A stretch of DNA of 64,000 bases, from assembly GCA_963699755.1 (NCBI GenBank), contig CAVOVB010000001.1, positions 1,792,001-1,856,000 of the forward strand, given 5' to 3'. This document shows, piece after piece, positions 9,065 to 18,322 of this stretch. A model generated the notes under the pieces. It was not told where the DNA came from. It worked only from the letters and a program-made list of their open reading frames with translations, and searched no databases. The stretch's first letter is position 1, and every line of letters begins with the position of its first letter. Origin of the DNA: an uncultured delta proteobacterium (GTDB taxonomy: Bacteria > Myxococcota_A > Polyangia > Polyangiales > Houyiibacteriaceae). The translations under genes were made by a program, and so were the position numbers.

Positions 9065-9996
9065 ACCGCGCGCTGTTCATCGTCCTGTTCATCGTTTTGG
9101 CCGTCGTCGCTCTCGCCGGCATCGCCGGACTGGCCATCGCCAAAGACCCCGAGCGGAACGCTGCGCGAGCCAGGGCCGCCAGCCACAACTCGATTACCGA
9201 AGGGCTCGATTGCGGCAACTGTCACACGCCGGCGAGCTGGAAGATGATGGGCGGCAAGTCAGGCGAAGGCTTCGACCATTCCCGCACCGGCTTCCCCCTC
9301 ACGGGGAGACACGAGCCCGCTGCCTGCAATCAGTGTCACAGCGGCGAGCGGCGAGTGACGAGGGAGTGCGGAGCATGTCACGAAAATCCACACCAAAAAC
9401 GATTGAGCGGTCGATGCGACAGCTGCCATTCGTCTCGACGATGGAATGACCTCGAGGCGTTCGAAATCCATCGCCGAACGCGATTTCCGCTGACGGGTAT
9501 GCACGCTCTTGCTGCTTGCACCGAGTGCCATCTTCGCAACGGGGAGAGGCAATGGACGACGGTTCAAAGCGACTGCTTCTCCTGTCACGCGGCAGAGTAT
9601 CTGGATCCGAGCGTTCATCCGAATCACCGAGGCACGGGTACGTCGCCGCACTGTCCCACAGGATTGTTCGCAGTGTCATACGGCGCGCGCGTGGAGCCCC
9701 GCGTTCATCGACCCGACGAACATTGCACCGCTCGCGTCGACCGGCGCCGTCAGCAAGGGGATCGGCGGCATGGTCGATGCCCGCCCGATCACGACAGATA
9801 TTTTCCGGTTTCTCGCGGGCCGCACCGCGGGGCTCCGTGCAATAGCTGCCACACCTCGGCTCGAACGCCTCGCCTGGTCCGCTGCACGGGGTGCCATGCG
9901 CACAACGCGGTCAAGCTCCAGCAGCAGCATGGAAGGCGCGTGTCGAGCAGCGGCGTCTCGTGCCTTGGCTGCCACCCCGGAGGAACCGCGCGATGA
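9061..9996 (+). CDS. Periplasmic decaheme cytochrome c with FPLTGxH repeats (two compensating frameshifts)
   Basis: Signal peptide MNRALFIVLF.., 6 CxxCH, then CSQCH in an alternate frame between ~9650 and ~9780, then 3 more CxxCH. Confidence 0.85.
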   Translation: MNRALFIVLFIVLAVVALAGIAGLAIAKDPERNAARARAASHNSITEGLDCGNCHTPASWKMMGGKSGEGFDHSRTGFPLTGRHEPAACNQCHSGERRVTRECGACHENPHQKRLSGRCDSCHSSRRWNDLEAFEIHRRTRFPLTGMHALAACTECHLRNGERQWTTVQSDCFSCHAAEYLDPSVHPNHRGTGTSPHCPTGLFAVSYGARVEPRVHRPDEHCTARVDRRRQQGDRRHGRCPPDHDRYFPVSRGPHRGAPCNSCHTSARTPRLVRCTGCHAHNAVKLQQQHGRRVSSSGVSCLGCHPGGTAR

Positions 9997-11519
9997 CGCG
10001 GACCTGGTTCGGGAGCGCTGATTGCATGCACGGCCCTGTTCGCCGCAACTTCGGCGGCCAACGCAGCATCTGGTCGCAGAGTGAGCGTCAAAGTCGTCGA
10101 CATTGCGGGCGGACGCGCCTATCTGACGCCAGGCGAAGCCGCAGGGGTCGCGAGTAGGCTCCGTCGTGGTTCTTCGTGATCGTCGCTATCGCGTGGTTGG
10201 GGCTACGGGCAAGCACGCGGTCATCGAAATGAAAGGACGTGAGCTTCGAGTTGGGCATGACCGGCCGAGCAGAGGCCAAGCTCAAACGAAGCGCCAGCGC
10301 ATCCCTTCCCAAACCCAAGCCACTTACGGCGTACGAGAGCCAATGGCCAGAGCCGGTGCTTCCCGCCACGCGGCAGACGCCCGAGTACGTGCCGCTTGGT
10401 ACTTCCTCCGGCGGGGATCGAATCGACCTAGCGCTTTCGACCGATGTCGGTGGGACGATTGCGCTGAGCGACGGGGAGTCCTTTGGCCGCGCATCGCTGC
10501 GCGCGCGGCTCCACGCCGAGCCTTTTGCCCAACCCGTGTCCTTCGACGTCGGCGTCGGACGACTCGATGGGCTTCGTGTGCGCTCCCCATCATGGGGTGG
10601 CTTCACCATCGGCGCGTTCGGTGGCACGGTGCCCGACCCGCTCGACTATTTGCCGACTCTGGATACGACGCGCTTTGGGGCAGAGCTTGCATACCAAAAC
10701 GAATCGCTCGATGCCCAGCCGTTCGTGGGCCTGTCCGTCCACGCTTCGACGTTCATGGGCGACATCGACGAGCGACGTCTCAATCTGGAGTTCGACGTCT
10801 TTCCGGGAACCGGCCACGTCGCAGGGCACATCGAGCTCTCCATGCACGACGAGGTCAACCCTTGGCAGGCGCCGCGCTTCGAAGTGAGCGCCGCTGGCCT
10901 CGATGCATCGATTCGTGTCGGCATCTTTCAGCTTGCTGGCCGTTTCGACATGCGGTTGCCCGAACGCTCGCTCTGGCTCACCTCGTACCTGCCCTTGGGG
11001 TACTTGTGCAACACCGTTCCTGACCCAGCCGCTAGCACCGGGGACGAGGTCGTGTGTCTCAACAGCAATGACCAGCGATACTTCGGTGGCTTGGATGCGA
11101 GCTTCAGTTTTTCACGTTTCGCACTGCATGCGGGGGCCAACATCGTGCACAGCGAGACCGCCGCTGAATTCGAGCAAATCTCTGGCTACCTGCAGGCCCG
11201 CATCTTGCGTATCGCAGACATTGCATGGGCGGACGTTTCGGTGGCTGCCTACGCACGCTCGTTCGTATCCGACTATGCGGCGCGTCTCGGAGCAGGGGTG
11301 GACATCCGGCGCATCGGTGAAATATCCGCGTACTATCGGGTCTCGCTCAATCAGTATGTGGCGTCCCCGACGAACTGGTTGCAGCATTCGGCCGGCGGTA
11401 TCTTGTATTTCGCCCTCGGGCACGACCTCGACCTCGGTGTGCGCGTCGACGGAATCTTCGGCGAAGATGTCAGCGTGCTCGTGCTCGGCTCGAATCTGAC
11501 TTGGCGGCCGTCCTGGTGA
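9993..11519 (+). CDS. Outer-membrane beta-barrel (putative cytochrome-associated porin), frameshifted near the 5' end
   Basis: ATG overlaps the decaheme stop. Removing +1 bases at ~10014, ~10150 and ~10255 gives signal peptide MTRTWFGALIACTALFAATSAANA joined to ORF 10239..11519. Amphipathic strands and C-terminal LTWRPSW. Confidence 0.7.
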
Positions 11520-11558
11520 CCGTTTCGAAACGCGGTCCAGCCCCCGCCCAGCCCAGCG

Positions 11559-12992
11559 CTACTCGATTCGCTCCCTCAGGAGCTCGATCTCGCGAACGAA
11601 ACCAGTGGCGATGTCCTGCAAGTCAGGGACGAGCTCGGCGCAGGCCAGCGCCCCGAAACAAAGCCGGTCCACCACGCTCATCACCGTGATGTTGAGCCCC
11701 GAGCCCTGCTGCACCGGTCCGAGCGGGAAGAGGTGAGTGAGCCTGGTCCCCGCTGTGTAGAGGGGTACGGGCGGGCCTGCGATGTTCGAAATGATCAGGT
11801 TCCACAAAGGGGGAACCCGGTCGGCCAGGTGCCGTGACGAAAAGAAGCCCATGAAATGCGTCGCCATCCAGGGCACCGTGATGTTGGTCACGAGGTCGGC
11901 GAAGTTCTTGAGGATGTCGCCGCCACCCGATTTGCTGTGTTGTCTCTTCCTGCGCGATGTTTCCTGGTTGATGGCGATCAGCCGATCCAACGGATCTTCG
12001 GATTGAATCGGCAGGTGCACCCGAATCACCGAAACGCGGTTGCCGGCTCGGTCTCCTTCGTGCCGAACCGATACCGGAACGGTTGCGACCAGAGGGCGAT
12101 CGGGAAGGCCCCCATGTTTGCCAAGCCAAGATCGCAAGGCTCCGCAACAGCCGGCCAGAACGACATCGTTCACCGTCGTTCCGAAGGCGCTCTTGATCGC
12201 TTTCACCTCGTCGAACGAGACATCGGCGAACGCGACCGAGCGATTGGGCGTGAGGGCACCGTTGAACATCGTCGGCGGTGCTTCGAAGAGGGGCGGCTTC
12301 TCCGAGGCTTCATGGTCCGCAGGCGCGGCTGGTTGCGAGCCCCCTTTGTCTCGGACGGCCTCGACCATTTTCGTGGCCGCCTCGACGGCGCGCCGCGGCT
12401 TCCCTGCCAGGGTCCGCAGCGTGTCGGCCGCCAGCCAGGGGATCGTCGGTTCTCGATCGGGGAGCCAGGGTTCCTCTGGCGGAGGGATCACTCGGCCCTC
12501 GGGACTGGTGTCCATCAGCTCGCCGGCGATGGCCGCGCTTCGGCCACCGTCCATCGCCGCATGGTGGATCTTCATGACGAGCGCGAGCTTTCCGCCTTCC
12601 AAGCCTTCGACTAGCGCAGCCTTCCAAAGCGGCCTGTTGCGTTCGAGACAGGTGCCGGCGAAGCTCCCAACGAATTCGCAGAGTTCGCGCATCCCCCCGG
12701 GAGAGGGCAGGGAGACGCGCACGAGGTGCTTGTCGAGATCGAAAGCCGGGTCTTCGATCCAGTGAGGGTCGCCGATCTGTAGCGGCCCTTCAACGATTCT
12801 ACGCCTGAACGGCGGAATGAGATGGATCCGCTCGGCAAACCGCTGCCGTGTCAGGTTGAACGCCGAAGCCTCGAGGTCGTCCGCGTCGAGCGAATCCTCT
12901 GGCTCCAGGATCAAGATCCCCATGGTGTGCATGGGCATCTCCGGTGTCTCGGCGTAGAGCATCGCCGCATCGAGAGTCGATACTCGGATCAT
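11559..12992 (-). CDS. Wax ester synthase/diacylglycerol acyltransferase (WS/DGAT)
   Basis: Catalytic HHAAMDG, PMHTMG, TVNDVVLA, ISNIAGP and GLNITVMS motifs. Confidence 0.93.
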   Translation of the reverse strand: MIRVSTLDAAMLYAETPEMPMHTMGILILEPEDSLDADDLEASAFNLTRQRFAERIHLIPPFRRRIVEGPLQIGDPHWIEDPAFDLDKHLVRVSLPSPGGMRELCEFVGSFAGTCLERNRPLWKAALVEGLEGGKLALVMKIHHAAMDGGRSAAIAGELMDTSPEGRVIPPPEEPWLPDREPTIPWLAADTLRTLAGKPRRAVEAATKMVEAVRDKGGSQPAAPADHEASEKPPLFEAPPTMFNGALTPNRSVAFADVSFDEVKAIKSAFGTTVNDVVLAGCCGALRSWLGKHGGLPDRPLVATVPVSVRHEGDRAGNRVSVIRVHLPIQSEDPLDRLIAINQETSRRKRQHSKSGGGDILKNFADLVTNITVPWMATHFMGFFSSRHLADRVPPLWNLIISNIAGPPVPLYTAGTRLTHLFPLGPVQQGSGLNITVMSVVDRLCFGALACAELVPDLQDIATGFVREIELLRERIE

Positions 12993-14230
12993 GTCGTACT
13001 TCCTGGCTCCAAAAACCCGATGCCCATCATGAAGCGGGCCATCTCCGTCAGATATGCGCCACGGTCGAGGTGGATGCTGTGGCTACCGGGAAACCAATGC
13101 ATGCGACAGCGCTGCCAATGATCCCAGAGCAGCCTAGAATGTTTCGGTGGAGCCAGCCGGTCGCCCGCGCCGCCGACGATCATCAGCCGCTCGCGTGGCA
13201 ACACCGCAGGATAGCTGAGCGGGCAACTCACAGCGAGGAGACGGCGCGCGTCGGCAGAGCTCAGGCCCGACGCCGAGAGTGCGGTTCGCATGAGCGCACC
13301 AAGTGGCTGCCACTCCAGAACCAAGTCCGCCACGCTGATGATCGGCACGTTGGGCAGCGCGAATGCCAATTTCGGTTCGACGCTCGCCAGCATCGACGAA
13401 ATGAAGCCGCCGAGGCTGAGGCCGGTCACGCCAACTTGCTCGACGCCTCGTTCACGCTGAAGCCAGTTGAGAAGGATCCTGAAGTCGAATACCGACTGCG
13501 CCACCGCTTCGTTGAATCGAGAAGTGCCGCCCGCGAAAAAGCCGTGTCCCGAAAACGGCGAGAAGCGTGTTTGGCGAGGACCGTGAAAAGGAAGCGTGAA
13601 CAAGGCGATGTCACAGCCCATGCGATAGAACCAAGGGAGCGCGAAGAACCACTCGTTGATCAGATAACCTTCTGCCGTGAATCCGTGAATCGCCACGATC
13701 GTCGGTCTCGGCCCGTCGCGGTGCCGCGTCACGCGCGCAAATGCGACGCGGTTTCGGTCGTGTCGCAGGTAAGGGCGGTGTTGATTCGGATGGACTGGCT
13801 GGAACGGGCTGTCGAAGCGCAGCACCTCACACACCCCGTCGTCCGGTTCGAAACGCGGAAACCAGCGCCCTCTTTCGACGCGAACGCGCACGCCCGATGG
13901 GGGATCATGAAAGAACCGGCTCCGGTCGCCCGATTCCGCCATCTCGGCGTACAGAGCCGCGTCATGCATGGATCGGCGAAGCTCGAGCGGATTGAAGCCA
14001 AACGGAATGGCCGTCGAGCCCACCATCGTGCCGAAGATGGCCCTCACCACGTGGTCAAACGCGGCGGCCGCGCCAATCTGCAAGCGATCCGCACGCGCAA
14101 GATCGAACTTCTCCGGCGTTCGCGCGAAATCGTCGTCGAGATGCTCCCACCAATGACCGCTCGGCACCAAAGGAGCCGCCCGTTCGTAAGACTCGTGCAC
14201 TATCCGAGAGACAATCGCGGAGTCTTCCAT
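12989..14230 (-). CDS. Alpha/beta hydrolase (esterase/lipase-like)
   Basis: Nucleophile elbow GLSLGG, GDRL Asp and GSH His. Overlaps the WS/DGAT start. Confidence 0.8.
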   Translation of the reverse strand: MEDSAIVSRIVHESYERAAPLVPSGHWWEHLDDDFARTPEKFDLARADRLQIGAAAAFDHVVRAIFGTMVGSTAIPFGFNPLELRRSMHDAALYAEMAESGDRSRFFHDPPSGVRVRVERGRWFPRFEPDDGVCEVLRFDSPFQPVHPNQHRPYLRHDRNRVAFARVTRHRDGPRPTIVAIHGFTAEGYLINEWFFALPWFYRMGCDIALFTLPFHGPRQTRFSPFSGHGFFAGGTSRFNEAVAQSVFDFRILLNWLQRERGVEQVGVTGLSLGGFISSMLASVEPKLAFALPNVPIISVADLVLEWQPLGALMRTALSASGLSSADARRLLAVSCPLSYPAVLPRERLMIVGGAGDRLAPPKHSRLLWDHWQRCRMHWFPGSHSIHLDRGAYLTEMARFMMGIGFLEPGSTT

Positions 14231-14239
14231 CGGCGTAGC

Positions 14240-14863
14240 CTAACCCTTTCGAGCGCCGATGGGATCGGGCTTTTCGGGCAGATTCCGCAGACCCATCCAG
14301 GCCAAGGCCACGATGTGGCTGGCGACTTTTTCGACCGACGGCTTGCGGACGACGCTCCACCACCGCCCGACCAGCGTGACCATGCCGATGAGCGCATGCG
14401 CGTAGATCGGAGCGACGTCGGGGTCGTAACCAGCCTGTTTGAACGCCTCCGCGAAAACGTCGCTGACCCGTTCGGCGACTTCGTTGAGGAGGCTCGAAAA
14501 GCCACCCGAGCTCAATACGGTCGTCGGGGCATCGTGGGTCAGCACCGCGAATCCGTCTGGCCTGTCTTTTACCCAGATGAGAAACGCCAACGCGGCCTGC
14601 TCCGCGCGTTCGCGTGGCGAGCCGGCCGAGAGCGACTCCGAAATCACGCCGATCACGTACTCCATCTCGCGGTCGACCACGACGGCATAGAGCCCTTCCT
14701 TGCCTCCGAAGTGTTCGTAAACAATCGGCTTTGAGACTTTCGCGCGGCTCGCGATCTCCTCGACGGAGGTCGCTTCGTAGCCTTTCTCCGCGAAAACCTG
14801 GCGCCCAACCTGAATCAGCTGGGCTCTCCGTGCCGCCGCGGTGAGTTTTTTTCTCGAGGCCAT
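14240..14863 (-). CDS. TetR/AcrR-family regulator
   Basis: N-terminal HTH TSVEEIASRAKVSKPIVYEHFGGKEGLY. Confidence 0.93.
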   Translation of the reverse strand: MASRKKLTAAARRAQLIQVGRQVFAEKGYEATSVEEIASRAKVSKPIVYEHFGGKEGLYAVVVDREMEYVIGVISESLSAGSPRERAEQAALAFLIWVKDRPDGFAVLTHDAPTTVLSSGGFSSLLNEVAERVSDVFAEAFKQAGYDPDVAPIYAHALIGMVTLVGRWWSVVRKPSVEKVASHIVALAWMGLRNLPEKPDPIGARKG

Positions 14864-14884
14864 TTGATAAAGATACTACGGTGC

Positions 14885-14925
14885 CGTAAGTTACGCAATC
14901 GTAAGTTACTGAATCGTAACTTATC
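14885..14925. promoter_or_regulatory. Three CGTAA-N-TTA(C) palindromic boxes at 15-bp spacing, candidate TetR operator
   Basis: CGTAAGTTACG (14885), CGTAAGTTACT (14900) and CGTAACTTATC (14915) lie in the divergent promoter just upstream of tetR. Confidence 0.65.
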
Positions 14926-14975
14926 CCGTGTTTGCGCGCCGGTTGGCGCCATCTGTCTCGAGGAGAAAAAGGCCC

Positions 14976-15281
14976 ATGTACATTCTGATCTGTGCCGCCG
15001 TCTTCCTGGCGGCCTATCTGCTCAACACGACCCTCATCGGCCCCGCACGCGGTCAAAGCGAAGACAGCGACGAGGTCCGCGACCTCGAGTTCGAGATCAG
15101 CGCCCTCAATCGAAAGGGACTCTGGTACCCGGCGTCGGCGAAGTTCTCCTATCAGCCATGGGAGGTCGACCTCGGTTTCGGAATAGCCGTGTTGCTCGAG
15201 AAGCTAGGGGTGCTGGAAATCGAGCGAGCCCTCCTGATCCCGTCGCGGGCCGTCGTGCCGAGCGGATTCGCCCATGCGTGA
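14976..15281 (+). CDS. Small exported/membrane hypothetical protein
   Basis: RBS AGGAG at 14961, hydrophobic N-terminus MYILICAAVFLAAYLL, overlaps the next gene. Confidence 0.55.
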   Translation: MYILICAAVFLAAYLLNTTLIGPARGQSEDSDEVRDLEFEISALNRKGLWYPASAKFSYQPWEVDLGFGIAVLLEKLGVLEIERALLIPSRAVVPSGFAHA

Positions 15282-16407
15282 GCAATCCCCCGCGATGCGA
15301 GTCGTCGATCGCTTCGTCGATCACGGTGCGCCGCTTTCCTTCCGGGACCTGTGCGCACGCGTGCTCGAGCAGGAGCATGACTATCTGATCCTCGACCTCG
15401 ACAAGACCACTCATCTGGGCCGCAACCTCGGCGAGCTCCTCGCATGGGAGCTGTGCGCCTATGAAGCCTACGGCGAGTCGGCAACAGGGACTTCGGCACG
15501 CCGCTGGTTTGGCGGTCGCTTGCTTCTCGATTGGTCGCAGCCGTTGAAGCTTGCTCAATACCTAGCGGCTGGCGCGCGAAGGTGGGCATGGTCAGGGATC
15601 TATTACCTCGTCTGGGGCAAGCTGGCTTCGCGCATCCCTGCGCTTCGGCGCCTTGCCTACAGTCGATTCGGTCCCGAGCCCACGACTGTGGTACAGCGTC
15701 GCCCTCAGATGGTCGCGCTCACTCATCTAGCGACGGCGGACGAGCCGCTGCTTCACGACCTCGCCCGCAGAGTCTGGCGCCGTCACGTTTCGGATCAGGT
15801 GATCGATCGTGAGGACCTCGATTGGGTTCGGAGTTGCTCCCCTGGAATCGAGATCCTATTGAGTAGCGCTTCGCCAAAAGCCATGTTGGATGTGGCGGTC
15901 GAGGAGCTCGGGGCCGACGGAGCGACGTACTCCAGCGTAGAACGTGTCAATAGCGGGAGGGCCAAGATTGCCCGGCTGTGCGAGACCCATCCCCGTGTTT
16001 TCGATCCGGACGTCAAGGTCCTAGCCATCACGGACACGAGCTACGGGGAAGACCATTGTTGGACCGAACACTTCGCGTGTGTCATCGATGTCAACAGCCC
16101 AACACCCTTTCCGCCCATCGTCACGGACGCGTCGCCGACTCGGGAAGTGCACTCGGCGATTCTTCTGACCCACGAGGAGCGACGCCGTCGAAGCAACGGA
16201 GATGAGGGCTATCTCGATGCTCGACGGCGAGACCGTCGACCGAGAGCGCCGCTCGAGCTCGATCGGGATGCTCTAGGCGTACGCCTCGACGCGCTCTTGG
16301 ACGGGATCAACCGTCTCTCGAGGCGTGTGCCGAATCCTCCGCGGCGATGGGAAATCGCCTACGCGCGAACCATGCTCACCGAAGCTTCAAGGGCCATGCT
16401 GACCTGA
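15274..16407 (+). CDS. HAD-superfamily-like hydrolase
   Basis: Motif I-like ILDLDKT, motif II-like LLSSAS, motif IV-like ITDTSYGED. Confidence 0.55.
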   Translation: MREQSPAMRVVDRFVDHGAPLSFRDLCARVLEQEHDYLILDLDKTTHLGRNLGELLAWELCAYEAYGESATGTSARRWFGGRLLLDWSQPLKLAQYLAAGARRWAWSGIYYLVWGKLASRIPALRRLAYSRFGPEPTTVVQRRPQMVALTHLATADEPLLHDLARRVWRRHVSDQVIDREDLDWVRSCSPGIEILLSSASPKAMLDVAVEELGADGATYSSVERVNSGRAKIARLCETHPRVFDPDVKVLAITDTSYGEDHCWTEHFACVIDVNSPTPFPPIVTDASPTREVHSAILLTHEERRRRSNGDEGYLDARRRDRRPRAPLELDRDALGVRLDALLDGINRLSRRVPNPPRRWEIAYARTMLTEASRAMLT

Positions 16408-16490
16408 GCAAGCGGTCCGGGGCTCCGGCGCTTGCGGCGGCGGCCACGGGCCAAGAGCCCAGAAGTCGGTGTTTCTGCTATAAAGTACGG

Positions 16491-17165
16491 GTGCGTCGAC
16501 TTTCTTGGGTTTGCTTGGGCCTGGCTGCGGTTGGGGTTCTCGGAGTCTTCACGATTCCCGACCCCGTGCTCGCGCAAGACCCTAACGAAATCGAGGTCAT
16601 CAGCGAGCCACCGGAGCAGGCCGAGCCGGCACCGCAGGTGGAGCCTCTGCCGCAGGAGGAGCCGCCCGAGGAGCTCCCTCCAGCACCGCCTCTGCCGGAG
16701 CTCGAGAAGCCCAAAGAACCGCTCGGCCACCTTCGTGTAGGTGGCGGTATTGGCTTGGGCTTTGCCAATGATCTCATTGCGGTCGGCCTGTCACCCCAAG
16801 TTTCGTACATCTTCAAGAAGATCGTCGAGCCCGGGGTTTCGATTCGCTACGAGTTCACCAGGGATAGGGTCCCCATCGAACCCATCACCTGGCATACCTA
16901 TGGCTCCTCGCTCTTCGTTCGGGTCTTTCCGATCCAACAGCTTTTCCTCCTCGTCGAAGGCGAGGTCATCAATACCGGTCGGAAACAAGCCGGCATCCGT
17001 TTCCCTCGGAAGACGTATGGAAACTTACTGCTCGGCGGGGGATTCATGATCGGCGTTGCCAAAGGCGTGTTCATTGCGACGTCCATCAAAGTTCCCGTCT
17101 TGAGAAACCCGTTCTACCCCACCGCCTTCCCGATCATCTCGGTCGGTGGCGGCTACGGGTTCTAA
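16491..17165 (+). CDS. Small outer-membrane beta-barrel protein with Pro/Glu-rich linker
   Basis: GTG start with signal peptide (..VLAQD), PE-rich linker, amphipathic strands, C-terminal GGGYGF. Confidence 0.65.
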   Translation: MRRLSWVCLGLAAVGVLGVFTIPDPVLAQDPNEIEVISEPPEQAEPAPQVEPLPQEEPPEELPPAPPLPELEKPKEPLGHLRVGGGIGLGFANDLIAVGLSPQVSYIFKKIVEPGVSIRYEFTRDRVPIEPITWHTYGSSLFVRVFPIQQLFLLVEGEVINTGRKQAGIRFPRKTYGNLLLGGGFMIGVAKGVFIATSIKVPVLRNPFYPTAFPIISVGGGYGF

Positions 17166-17178
17166 AGACGGGTTCTAA

Positions 17179-18309
17179 CTAGGGGGCGCCGTCAAAGAGG
17201 TCTTGGAAGCCGCTGGGCTCGTGTCGGCCGAACACGAGGGTTTCGAGGATGCCGATCCCGGTCTTGTCGCCCATCTTCGCGCGCACGACGTTGTGCACGT
17301 GGATGGAGCAGTACTCGTCGGGCTCCACCTCATCGAGCTTCCAGCTTTCGTAGCCGATCTCGAGCTCATCTCGCCAAACCGCGTGACCCCACTCGGGGTG
17401 CTGGTAGCCGATGCCCATCATCTGGAACCGGAAAATCGGCTCGAGCTCGATCTCGAGCTTCGTGCCGTCGCGCTTCACGAAGCCGAGGCTCGCGCTTTCG
17501 GGCCACCGAGTCCCGCTGCGCCATTTGATCGCATGGGTTGCCGAGGCCATGACCTCCTCGTCTGCTTCGACCAGGTCGCTCGGAACCTCTTCGCCTGCGC
17601 CGTAGGTCTTGACCATCGACGCAGAGAGCTCCTGCGCGTGGCCGTCCGGCATTTGGCGTGTGAGAAAGTGCGTGCAGAAACCGTCGAAGTGAATGGGCGA
17701 CCAGATCCAATAAACCGCCGGGTCGGTCGTCAGCCTGCTCGGCGCACCTTCTTCATACTCGCCGACTGGCCGCATGCCCCAGGACTTGTCCCGGAGGCCG
17801 ATGACCTCGCTGCGCTTGACGTCGAAGCGTCGGCCCTTGATCGAGAAGTAGCCCTCCCAGGTCCCCAACTGCGTGAAGCGTTGGGTGTCCATGATGAGCC
17901 GGTTCCCGTCGTACATGAGGTTTTTGGGTTCTTGGACCGGGGGCGCCTTCGCGTGAAAGGTCAGGTCGCATTCGACCTCGGTTTCGTTCGGATCGATGCG
18001 CAATCGGATTCGCCGCATGGGCTGGAGCACCTCGACTCTGAGCGGCCCCGCGCTCGAGTCCATGGGGTTGTCGGCGATGCGGCGCGATGCGTGAAACGAA
18101 TGCTGAACGCCATCGACGGCCACGCTGAAGTGCGCGTCCTGAACGAAGCGATTCGGGTACCGTCCAAAGCCAGCCTCGAACAAGAACGTCCCGGACTTGT
18201 CGAAACCGTTGAACCAGTAGCGGTCATACGCATTGCGATTGACGATGCCCGGTTGGTTGATCGGAAATGCGGCCTGGTGAATCAGGTAGTCGTCGAAATC
18301 GGTAATCAT
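17179..18309 (-). CDS. Conserved hypothetical protein, often clustered with phosphotransferase/lipid genes
   Basis: 376-aa ORF, motifs YDRYWFNG and GLRDKSWGMRP, co-oriented with the racemase and phosphotransferase. Confidence 0.7.
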   Translation of the reverse strand: MITDFDDYLIHQAAFPINQPGIVNRNAYDRYWFNGFDKSGTFLFEAGFGRYPNRFVQDAHFSVAVDGVQHSFHASRRIADNPMDSSAGPLRVEVLQPMRRIRLRIDPNETEVECDLTFHAKAPPVQEPKNLMYDGNRLIMDTQRFTQLGTWEGYFSIKGRRFDVKRSEVIGLRDKSWGMRPVGEYEEGAPSRLTTDPAVYWIWSPIHFDGFCTHFLTRQMPDGHAQELSASMVKTYGAGEEVPSDLVEADEEVMASATHAIKWRSGTRWPESASLGFVKRDGTKLEIELEPIFRFQMMGIGYQHPEWGHAVWRDELEIGYESWKLDEVEPDEYCSIHVHNVVRAKMGDKTGIGILETLVFGRHEPSGFQDLFDGAP

Positions 18310-18322
18310 CTCGGCTTCCTAG

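Noticed and set aside
5170..10260. Programmed ribosomal frameshifting or phase variation in the cytochrome genes
   Set aside because: There are too many breaks, they lack slippery heptamers or long homopolymers, and similar indels occur in unrelated genes.
9061..11519. Naming the decaheme and barrel mtrA/mtrB
   Set aside because: Only heme count and gene order match. I recognise no MtrA/MtrB-specific sequence, and the barrel is shorter than MtrB.
14240..14863. This TetR as the KstR binding the 41862 operators
   Set aside because: It has its own different operator-like boxes and I see no specific KstR similarity.
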